A DNA stretch of 64,000 nucleotides from Macrostomum hystrix (Eukaryota > Animalia > Platyhelminthes), in contig CATNEN010000030.1 of the NCBI GenBank assembly GCA_950097015.1, positions 1,116,001 to 1,180,000 on the forward strand, written 5' to 3'. Shown one piece after another: positions 12,496 to 22,700 of the stretch (positions within the stretch are counted from its first letter, which is position 1; the number at the start of each line of letters is the position of its first letter). Below the pieces are notes generated by a model. It was not told the origin of the DNA and ran no database searches. It saw only the letters and a list, made by a program, of their open reading frames with translations. Both the position numbers and the translations under genes were made by a program.

Positions 12496-12756
12496 TGTAA
12501 CCGTCTTAAAGGCTACAACTAAGAAAGGCAGATGTTTGCAGTGGAACGTAAGATAGGACGTTATGCCTTAGCGGTCTCGCCCGGCTAAGACTTCTGGGCT
12601 TGAGTGACTGTATTTATGTGTCAGCATTAACCATAGACAAGAGGATATTATATGCGCTCTATATTAGGGGCTTTGCTCTAAAGTCTAAGTAACAAGTATG
12701 TAAGTTAACGGTGCTGAAGCTTAATATCGCTTGAAACTAGAACTGCTGCTGCTACA
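12496..12756 (-). repeat. 5' LTR (261 bp)
   Basis: Matches 8153..8413; followed by the PBS on the minus strand. Confidence 0.97.
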
Positions 12757-14539
12757 TGATTTTGCATGGACACTGCTCTTGCGTCGAATAAGTTCGCATA
12801 AACCCTGTTCGGACCTCCATTCCTGACTCTGTGATGCGACGCTGCCTTCAATGTGAGGACAGCAGCTTCTCGCTGCTCCAATTTTAGCAGCGCCATTGCT
12901 CTAAAATTCTCTCGAACTGAGAACGCGCAGGCAGGGATTCGGTCGATGACTGATATTTGGGGACACGAATCGCTTCCTAAATCCATCAGCACAGTCCACA
13001 CAACTGGATATAGATCCAGCAAATTGATTTCTTTTTCGCCCTTCTCATTCGATTGAACCGAATGCAGATCATATATGGCAGGTGTCATAGTAAATGGGTG
13101 AAATGGCGCGAAAGTCGAGTCGCTGATCGGTACCAACTGTTCCATGAGTTTCATTAGAGGCTGCCGCAGGTCGTTCATGCTGCTCCTCACGGCCTCAATG
13201 ACGTCGCTCTTTGCCGAGTGGCCGCTGCGCAGATACACGGCGGCCCTGGGAGCAAAGAAATGTCGCAGGCACTCGTGCTCTCCGCCCTGCTGCAGGTCGT
13301 CGAGCAGAATCTGCAGAGCTCGCCTGGTCAGCTGCAGCAGATTGTCGGCTCGCCAATCACTCGCCGGAGTCTCGTCCACCATGCGGAACAAGAGAGTCTT
13401 GGCCACGTAGGTCTTGAGTCCGCTCACCGTGTTGGAGAGGTGTCGCTTGATGAGGAACTTCAGGATGACGAACAGCTGGCCCTGCTCTGTGTTGAATCCT
13501 CGGATCATCCGCCTCTCCAGGAAGGTCGTGCTCAGCCGGAGCCACTCGCCCTTTTTGCCGGGAGGCGCCGCTCGGACGAGGTGGCACAATGAATGTTGGA
13601 GCTCGAACCTCAGTTGTTTAAGCAGCTCAAGGGGAATGTGTGTAGGTCGACCAGGAGCCAAGGCAGGAATGTCTGGGTAGCAGCAGGTGCGCAGTGCGTT
13701 GACATAGTCCATGGCAGGCGACTGCAACGTCCTCAGCTGGGGATTGCTCGGGTTCGTGGCTGAAATTGTATGGGCAGGGGTTCAATGATCTTAAATATTG
13801 TCTATGGTCAAGCCGAGATACCACCAGGAAAACTTCGCCACAATCTACTCTGCAGCAAATCCAAGTCTACACATTTTACTCAGGTCTATATAATTGCAAT
13901 TGGTCGATAAGAAACTTGCCTGCTGTTCGGAATCGAGAATATCCTCCTTCATAGCTGAGCAGGTTATCTGGATCTGGCGATTGGCACTTGCAATAATCAG
14001 CTATGTGCAGCTCAACTGGCAGAATCTCGGTGTAGTCGATGTCAGAGTCTTCGTCAATCTGACCATCCAGGCTCTTCAATGAGCTTCCCCAGCCTTCACT
14101 GAAACTGCCGACAACATTGATGCAGATGTTTGGTTTGATCCTTCGGACGATGTCCTGGAGTATGTCCGCCTGGGCCTGCTGAGCGATTGCGCCTTCTCTG
14201 GTGAACCCGGCGTGCCTGAGGGCCTCGGACAACTGCTCGCTGAACCCTTCATCGGTCTGATAGATTCTGTTGTAAAATAATGTGGTAATAGGGCTGAAAA
14301 AATTCAAACCAAAGCAAGCAACAAGTTGTGATTTTTGGGGTTGAGTGAACGAGCGTCAACGCGTCCTTCTTTTGCACTTTAAGCTCGAATCGGCGGCGAG
14401 GCAAAATTCATTTCGGACGGAGACAAGAAGAGAAGGCTAGTGGGCTTGCGTATCTACTCAATAAGTAGACTACTAGTGCTCCTTAATGTGCAATTTATAC
14501 ACGTAATGGCCAACCCGTAAGTCTCAGTGAAAGTATTAA

Positions 14540-14690
14540 CTGCCTGAAAATACGACAGTCAGGGCAGATGTAGAAGCGTGTGTGTTAGTGTGTGCCCGTG
14601 AACGTAATTCGTGTGTGTGCGTGCGTTTGTGCTCAGGGGTGGGCTGAACGAGCAGGCAGAATTGCCTACTCGCTGGCTGCGGGTCGACAG
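14540..14690 (+). mobile_element. SINE family A, 3' half (diverged)
   Basis: GTCAGGGCAGATGTAG...GTGCTCAGGGGTGGGCTGAACG...GGCAGAATTGCCT...GGCTGCGGGTC matches the body of the 5193..5540 copy. Confidence 0.6.
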
Positions 14691-17600
14691 AATTCAAATG
14701 ATGCATCAGTGAACACAGCAGGGACATACACCGCAGCGGATGACTTTTGGCCGATCGAATGCGACCGCCGCGTGATTCGTCGAAGAGATTCGGTGGCTAT
14801 CTGGATGCAGGAGCTTGGCACTATTCGCCGGAGAGCTTTCGCGTCGACTTGAAGGCTGGCTAGCAGCTCCAATGCGTTATGTTCCAGCCCGAAACAGCAG
14901 GCGGATGTCACAGCTTGCTCAATGTGCTTTACCTTTGTGTCACGTAGCAGCAGTCTTAAAACACCAGCTTTAGAGCAGTTAGCTGCTGCTACGCTTAGCG
15001 GAGTGTCGCCCATATTGTTCTCTAGGTTCACGTCGGCACCGGCTGTTACAAGCACGGAGACTACTTTCTCGTGCCCTCTCCTCGCTGCTCTGTGAAGCGG
15101 AGAGTCTCCGGCATCGTCCTGAGCATTCACAGACGCATCCGCCCGCACCAGAGTCTGTGCGACAGTCGCGTGTCCGTTCTCGGCGGCTAAGTGAAGCGGA
15201 GTAGCTCTAACGTTATCTCGGGCGTCGACTTGGGCTCCGATTTCGATCAGAAACTGAACGAGATCAAGAAAGCCATTCTCAGAGCTCTTGTGAAGTGGTG
15301 TCAGACCCCGACAGTTCGATTGGTTGACCTCAGCGCCAGCCAGGTGCAGAATTTTTACTGCGGCAGTGTAGCCGAACCAGCAGGCTGCATAGAGCGGGCC
15401 AGAGCCGAATCTGTTGGGCAGGTGTGGATCGGCTCCATGGAGTAGCAGTATTTCTAGAACCTTCTGCTGGCCGTATTGAGCCGCTAGTAGTAGAGGGGAC
15501 GAGCCGTCATTTCTTTGTAGATTGACGTCGGCTCCGTAATCAAGTAAGCAGCGAACTACACTGGCATGTCCAGTCATAGACGCAATGAGTAGCGCCCCGG
15601 ATCCATCCTGACGCCGGATGTTCGGATTCGCACCTGCGTCCAGCAACTTCGCCACAACCGCATCGATACCGCCCTGTGCTGCAGCGAACATCGGGGTTGC
15701 TCCATCGTTCTGTGTGTAGTCTACCTGAGCACCAGCAATCAAGAGAGGCTCCAGAGCACCGACGTGACCATGATGGCTAACTACCCACAATGGCGTTTGG
15801 TTCGATGAATCGCGCGAGTCCGGGTTGGCTCCAGACTTCAGCAGAGACGCCACAAGCTCACGGTTGCCCGCTCGGCACGCAGCGTGAAGCTCTGTGTTCA
15901 AAGTTTCGCATGTCATTCTACTCGGTTTGACCGTGAGAAATCGATTGTTTTGCGCAATTTCGAGTGCCGCGCAACATTGTCTAGGTCTATTTACGATGCG
16001 TGCACGAGCGTATTGTACATTTATCTCTGACATTGGCTATGGCAATAGGCGATAACGTAAGCGATTCCCCCCACCCGCTTGGCGTAATGTCTAAAAATAG
16101 AACAAGACTTGCTCAGACAGTGTAATCTGCCCTTCTACGAGTAGCATTCACGGGCGAAACTTGTTTTTTATGAAGTTTCTCTCCGAGTAAATATTGTAAA
16201 AATGCAAAAAAAAGTTTTTTCGCAAGCACATTTTTGTGTTAGAAAAATAGTGTAAGTCAAGCGCATCCATAGTCCAACTCTCAAAATATTTGATTCAAAA
16301 ACGTGCTTTAGCTCGCGCAAACAAGCAATTTACCAAAAGCCAAACAACAAACAACTACAAAATGAAGGGAAGTTTTTGTGTCACTGCACTTTATTTTACA
16401 GAGGCCAACTATGCTATCTTGGGCCCAACCCGTACATTGACGAGGTCTGCGACCCCAGCACCCCACGGCTCAGTCCCACGGCCCCCAGCCGTTCTGTAGT
16501 ACTACCATCACTTGTCCCCCTCATACAGATGCTTAGGCATGATTTGGCATTTTATTGTGCAGTACAATCAACAGTGCTTCCATTGTAATTTGCCTGAAGC
16601 CAAAATGAAATATGAATCTAATGTAAACATGCGTTTAAAAAATCACTGATGTCACGGTGTGTTTTTTCGATAAGATATCTAGTACAACAAGCCCAACAAG
16701 CGCTGATAATCAGCAGTATAATACTTTATTGAGATACTCCATAAAGTTATGTTTAGTCACGTCGATTAGGGCAGTTTAAATTGGTACGAAAGCGAAAATG
16801 AAAGTGATAACGAGCTTTTGAGCAAGACGAATAATTTGATTTTGTTATGATGGTTCAAAATCAACAACGCTTCACCGAGAAATTGATTGTTTAATGATGT
16901 TTCGCAAGTCTAAACATATACTATTTGTTAGCTATAAGGAGTTCTATTTCGAAATTAAAACAAATTTAAACAACATTTTGCATTTAAATATATATATATA
17001 AGAAGTATTTAATGAGTAATGCAATGAGTAATACAATGAGTACTCAATTCAACAATACAATACGAACAATAAACATGACTATAAACTGTTCACATTGTTA
17101 TGGGACCTAAATTGTTTATTCCCTATATCGAAATGACTAGACTTGATTTACGACTTACGTCCCTTTGATTTAGAAGGTACAGTTTTCGATTTTTCCGTTG
17201 AAATTTAGGTCGTTCCTGCGCTTTACTTACAGCAACCGAAACTTGTTTAATGGACCGATCGCGTCTTCTCGACAAGTAACGCCGGACAGTCGACTTGGCC
17301 CCCTCTGCCCAGTAACAGACTTGATGTCGTCCAGCATGTGTCCACAATGCGATCGAGGCCGACAACCGACTGTGGCGCGACATCAGGTAAATCCGGTAAT
17401 GGCATTGAAAGATACTCCGTTAAAAGAGTCGGTCAACAAGTTTTCCGATGTATTAGAGGCAATTTTGGAATCAGTCGACAGTGAAACGTATAACATATAG
17501 TTATGTGCAAATCCTTTGCCTTGTACTACTTTTCGCTCCATAGTCTATGGCACAGCTTAGTTGATATCCAACCTCTGCATTTCGCTAATGCTTTTCACTC

Positions 17601-17940
17601 CATATGGCACAGTTGTAGCCATAGACATACCGGTTCACTCTGTGCAGACTAAAACTTTCTGATTCGATGAGGCTTCGTTAAACAATTGGCGTTAAGCAAG
17701 GCTTCAGCTTTAATTAAACAACGCCGAGCAAGGGTTTTAATGAACATCGTTAAACTATGTCTAATTCCGTGGGAATTCCCTTTGTGTTCTTGTATTTCAA
17801 ACGTTAAGTGTGTATTTTCATTATAAGGCTTCAGCAACGTATTATGGTATAAACGATCACTCAGCGATAATGGCATGTCTATGGCACAAACTGCGCCAAT
17901 CCGCCATGAGCCAGAAGCTTACAAAATTTGGACGCTTATA

Positions 17941-19267
17941 CACTCAGCAACATTGAAAAGTTTCCACCCTCGCGCAAGTTGTATATTTAGAGTTTCAAAA
18001 CCGGTTTTTGTCGCCAGACTTGTGCCATAGACGATTGATGATTTCGTCAACACGCACTTGGGCCATAGACGCCAGACAAGTCGAAGGAAACATTCACATG
18101 TAGCCGTCAGCCTACAGGAGTCTATGATCCACGTTCGCAACCAAACGGAATGGTTCGCCAAATGACCGACCTGGAACGAGCGCGCGCCGTTGGCATGCTG
18201 GACGCTGGGGTGTCCATCCGAGCTATTACTCGCCAAATTGGGCGGTCTCGCACAGCAATCCGCAAACTGCAGATCAAGTGCAGAGAAACTGGCAGCGTGG
18301 CGCTAGCCACGCGCGGCCGGCGGCTCAATTTGCGCAGTACAACTAGGAGGGCGGACCGGCGATCGCTGCGAATGTCGAAGGGAAGCCCCACATTGCCAGC
18401 CACCCTGCTACGGCTGATGTGGGCTGAAAGAAGCAGGCGAGGGGATTTCTGAGCGCCCAAACCATCCGACGACAATAGCGGGAGTTGGGGCTGTGATCCC
18501 GTAAGATGCGCAAACGGCCACGCCTGACCCCAACCCATGTGGCCAGCCGGCAACAATGGGCAATGCAAAGGGTCCAGTGGAGGCAGCAGCAGTGGCGGCG
18601 AGTGATTTTCGCGGATGAGAGCCGCTTTCGATTGTTCCGTGCCGACGGCCGCATTCGAGTGTGGCGCCAGCCACGCCAGGAGATGCTGCCGCAGCACGTG
18701 CAAAACTCAGAGAGCTGCAGCTTCTATTCACGTGTGGGCAGGCATCACAATGCACGCAAAGACGGAGCTCGTGTTCCTGGATGCGACTGTGACTGCCGAG
18801 TCGTATTTGCCAATTTTTTTGCCAAGCCAACCTTCTACAGACGCTGCTGCCCTTCATTGATGCTTCATGTGGTGGCGTGGGGAACAGCGTCCTCCAAGAC
18901 GACAACGCCCCACCGCATCGCGCAGCCGCTGTGGTGCATCTGAAGGACTGACTACTTCGGAATCACTGTCTACCGCGAATCACTGTCTACTGCATGGCAA
19001 CAGCTACCGCAAGATTTTCTGCGACGCCTGGTTGTGGGTATGCCCGGAGAGTGTGCGCTCTGCTGCACGCACGTGGCTGCTGTACGCGTTACTGACCCTG
19101 TTCTGGGCCAGTTGGCACCAGATGCTCGCGTACTTTCTTTGCTGTTCGTTTGCTTCGTTCGAATCCGGATTTTATATCTGTCTATGGCTCAAACCAAAAA
19201 TATCTCCACCTACCAAAACGTTGACCCATCGTGCGCTAGGGTGGAAACTTTTCAATGTTGCTGAGTG
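17941..19267 (+). mobile_element. Tc1/mariner DNA transposon (1327 bp) with a disrupted transposase
   Basis: Perfect 30-bp TIRs CACTCAGCAACATTGAAAAGTTTCCACCCT (17941-17970, 19238-19267), flanked by TA on both sides. HTH-like N-terminus from ATG 18150; FADES and QDDNAPPH catalytic motifs lie in different frames; no SPDLNPIE segment found. Confidence 0.93.
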
Positions 19268-19304
19268 TATTTGTTTCTTTTCAATTATCAATTAAAGTAT
19301 TTTA

Positions 19305-19760
19305 CCAACCGGTAAAAGCATTATAAGGCTTCAGGCCATAGACAAATTAACTCCCCCTATAACGCTGTTGCTTGTCGACCGACAGCCGCCAGATAGCGTT
19401 ATAGGGGGAGTTGATTTGTCTATGGCCTGAAGCCTTATAATGCTTTTACCGGTTGGCTGCCTCGCAGTTAATGGCGATTACGATCTCGGCGCTACGCGCC
19501 TCGATCGACCGCCATTAACTTGCTCGGCACCCAACCGGTAAAGTTCCATTGAGCAACGCTGGGATTCCCGCCATTAAATACCGCGGGGTTTAATGGACGA
19601 CATTAAAACCCCCGTGGAATGTCTATGGTGCAAACAGAACCGCTGGGAATCGCAGCGTTGCTCAATGAAAATATATACCAATGGTCATGTGACCGAGGAC
19701 GCGCAGCGCGCAGCGCCCGAGGTCATAGACATTGATGCCCTCAATAGCCGGTATATATTC
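19305..19760. repeat. Foldback / multi-hairpin element of consecutive inverted repeats
   Basis: 62-bp arms 19305-19366 and 19395-19456 (1 mismatch); 11-bp stem 19466-19476/19510-19520; 23-bp stem (1 mismatch) from 19547 to 19667; AATATATACC/GGTATATATT pair. Confidence 0.8.
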
Positions 19761-22700
19761 TTACATTAACCTACTGAAATCAACTAATGGCGTGTTTAAT
19801 GTGGCTTTTCTTTTCAGTAGGATGTCCTCATTTTGAAAGGCTATGACCAAACTTCATATAACATAACTGGTATATAATTATACGATATAACTGGCTTCAA
19901 GACGAGTCCAATAATGCGAATCATTTGTATTTCAGCAGAATTTAACGAGAAGGAACAAGTAGTAAAACGCTGCGTACGAGCACCAGAAAGTACCAGAAAG
20001 TTTTTTGCATCAAGTCGAGTATGCTAAACCATAGTCCCATTGATAGTAAAAAATGGTCAACGTAATAGTTCACCACAGGCACGAAGATTGGGAATTAGGG
20101 AAAAGCTAGATAGGAAAAATAGAATCTAAGTAATCGAAGTAGCGAAGTAAAATAACTAAGAAAATTACCAGGCTACAGATCACGAGGTGGTCAAGTCAAA
20201 AGTGCGTCAAAAATTATTACGAAAGAAAAACAATTAATTAAATAATTAAGCGACAAATATAAATATTGCACCGAAGACTGCAGTCTCAATTAAGTAGAAT
20301 GCTGAAAGCGCGAGGTTTAAATAGAGAGAACAAGGAAAATGGAAATGAGAAAATCATTATCAGACACATTAGAAACTTATCTACGCTCGTAGAAGATTTG
20401 GGTATCAATTATGTGTGTAAAAGAGATTTAGTCTCACAAGTTGACTTAGAGAAAAAGAAAAAAACAGAGAAAACGCAAAAATGAGAATAATTTTGTCGCA
20501 GAATTAAAAGGGCAAAAAGGACAAAAATATATCTATAAACCTTAATGCTCTAAACAGTGCTAACATATAACTTCGTCTAAATCTGTTGCTGTTACTGATC
20601 AGTAGTTATTAGAAAGAATTCAGCATAACGATATGAAAATACAGTACTAAAAATTTTTGGTCGAATAGCATCCAAAATATTGCCCAGCTAAGAGTAATGT
20701 TCACAACTTCTCTGTACTCTGGTACACACCACAGTTACACGTAATACAGAGATTCAGAGATTCAGCGAGCTTATCGAAATAATTCACTGTCTTAGAAATT
20801 GCAGTTTAATTTTATATTGGATATGTGAAAAATACTTCTACCATTCTTGAATGGCTGAAAGTGCTAAGTCCTTTGGGAAATTACAACACTATAGTTATAG
20901 TGTGTCAATGACTCAACTAGAGTGTGAGCTAACAACCGAACACACAATAAGCCAGGCAGCTAACGAAGCAAATAAATTGACGGCTAATGAAGATTGATGA
21001 AGCGAGAAAATGTTAGAGTACAAGATTGATACAAGGAATTGTGTCTATAGCCTCTCCATTCAATTCCGATCCTAGATCCTTGTGCGACCGAGCTACAAAT
21101 TTTAGTTGTCGGCACTTCTTCCTGTGCACTCAGCGCCATCGATAAAATGCCCATTTCCTCTTCCGCACCCCACCCATTGTTGCTTGGCAGTGTTGCTATG
21201 CTGAGGCAAAAAACGTGTTTCAAGGCATGGGAAGCGGAGTTACTTATCGGCACCCTCTGACCTCGTGGTCTCTTTTGGGAGAACCATGGGAGAAAACCAA
21301 AATTGTTACTGAGGGCTGCTAGCTAAAGCATTCCGGGCAGAGGAATCGGAAAGTGGGCTGCCATAGTTCGCCTCCTTAAAATATTTGTCCTTCAATTTTT
21401 CGCTGGGGTAATGCCACTACTGGCCGACAGTGACAGATGCTTCGCTGTTCTGTCCCGGATAAACATTGCTGCACACAGTCAGCATATTCGTCGGTGTCCA
21501 CCAAATTACACAGTTCGAAATGGGGCGTTTCTTATCATGATGACGAGACCGATGCTTCGATATCGTACCATGTAGTAACTTTAATTTCGGATAAAAGTGT
21601 AAATATCAATGATTGTATATCAATAGCAATCGAAGGCACACCACAGTGTCGAAGACTTACAAGCAACTCGTCAGCCAAGCAGAGCCTTATAAAAGTACTT
21701 TCGTGTTTCAATCGACTTGACTCCAGCCAACCCCAACAAACTCAGGCCGTTGTGTTGGATGAAAAGGTTCCAAAATGCATCAGACTCATCACACTCACTC
21801 AGACTACTGGCCTCTTCATCTAATGAATCATCATCAGCGAGAAACCTACTAGCCTCTCAATCAATGTAGAAATTCTTGTTTATTTTTAGTTTCGATTTCA
21901 AAGCAACTAGGACTGCAGAGGGATGCAGAGGGACAAGAGACAAAGCTTGAGCAAGTGGTGCGGATAAAATATTTTCCAAAGTTAAAAAACTCCACACTAG
22001 AATTTGTTTTACTATACTGCATAGTTCGGTGCCGTAGCCAAAAGGGCAGGCGACACGAATTTGTTCATTTTTTGGTAGCGCGCATCGGGTTATTTGTATT
22101 CGCAATGCAGCAAATGGCAAGATGGGAAAGCTCTGTGTCTGACCTGCCAGTGTTTATACAAACAGCCCTGCGCGCCTACAATCACACAGGTGAGCCCCAC
22201 CAAGAATGACGCAGCAAAGTAGAGACGCCAGCGTGCGTATATGTTCCATAAAAAGACCGAGCGCATTGCATGTGGGTACGTCTGCCAGAGCTGCCTGACC
22301 CCAGTCGCGGATGCAGTTAAGATAGATGGCCGCAAATCCGACCGGACCAATCGCGATTCGATTGTCACGTGATTCCATCAGCAAGAATGGGTGGAGGGAA
22401 GAGGCTTAGAGAGGGATTCCGGTTGGAAGGAGCGTTCTGTACTAGTGATATAAATGTGGGTCAGTGTGGTGTCTATCACTGGCTTAACGACATTGTTTAC
22501 TCAGAATCACCATTTATTGTATTTCAAGCAGCTGTGCTTCGATCGTATGTGAAAATGCCTTGTCCAGCGATTCTGATCTACTTTATTTGCGGTGAGTTTG
22601 CGTTTAAGAAAGTATAAAATATTATATGTTGTTTTTCTCAAAGCAATCTTTTTTTCAAGTTTCATGTCGTTAGTGGTAGTAGCGCTGGGAGACAATGAGC

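Larger units (their letters stand above)
8153..12756 (-). mobile_element. Full-length Ty3/Gypsy LTR retrotransposon, CsRn1-like clade, recently inserted
   Basis: Two 261-bp TG...CA LTRs (8153-8413, 12496-12756) that look identical by eye; 4-bp TSD TGAT (8149-8152, 12757-12760); PBS and PPT present; Gag with CHCC knuckle; PR-RT-RH-IN domain order. Confidence 0.96.
7387..16033 (-). pseudogene. Ankyrin-repeat / Mab-21 (cGLR) fusion gene, copy 2, interrupted by an LTR retrotransposon; exons ~16033(or 15916)-~14670, 14266-13920, 13759-12757 plus 8152-7776 (joined across the insertion), 7527-7387
   Basis: Same domain order and intron positions as copy 1, including the GC-AG intron 13919..13760 and the donor CTG|GTGAGC at 7775. 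Removing 8153..12756 and one TGAT restores the frame: SMQNQTSSDANYRFTLRYDRRPDLKF aligns with copy 1 KNSDANYRFCFRYDRRPELKF. The exon 1 donor is ambiguous (several phase-2 GT sites). Confidence 0.82.

Noticed and set aside
2622-14245. cGLR pair as a pure assembly duplication or haplotig
   Set aside because: Identity is patchy, with strongly diverged segments and different introns between the identical tracts; only local read mixing remains possible
1269-15445. Many short ORFs antisense or out of frame to the ankyrin, Mab-21, gag and pol sequences
   Set aside because: These are by-products of GC-rich coding DNA overlapping well-supported genes
17198-17500. GC-richer patch with a minus-strand frame MLDDIKSVTGQ... 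ending at a GTAAGT donor, a possible extra first exon of cGLR-2
   Set aside because: No phase-compatible acceptor was found before the ankyrin exon, and there is no recognisable homology
20984-21823. Short ORFs and an acidic minus-strand stretch (LADDDSLDEEASS...) suggestive of a transposase N-terminus
   Set aside because: Interrupted by stops, no catalytic motifs or TIRs found; insufficient support
22079-22368. Possible upstream exon of iGluR A (22079-22189, ending CAG|GTGAGC, phase 0) or the minus ORF 22090..22368 with a hydrophobic stretch
   Set aside because: The phase fits but the peptide (Cys-rich, no signal peptide) has no recognisable homology; left unresolved pending RNA-seq
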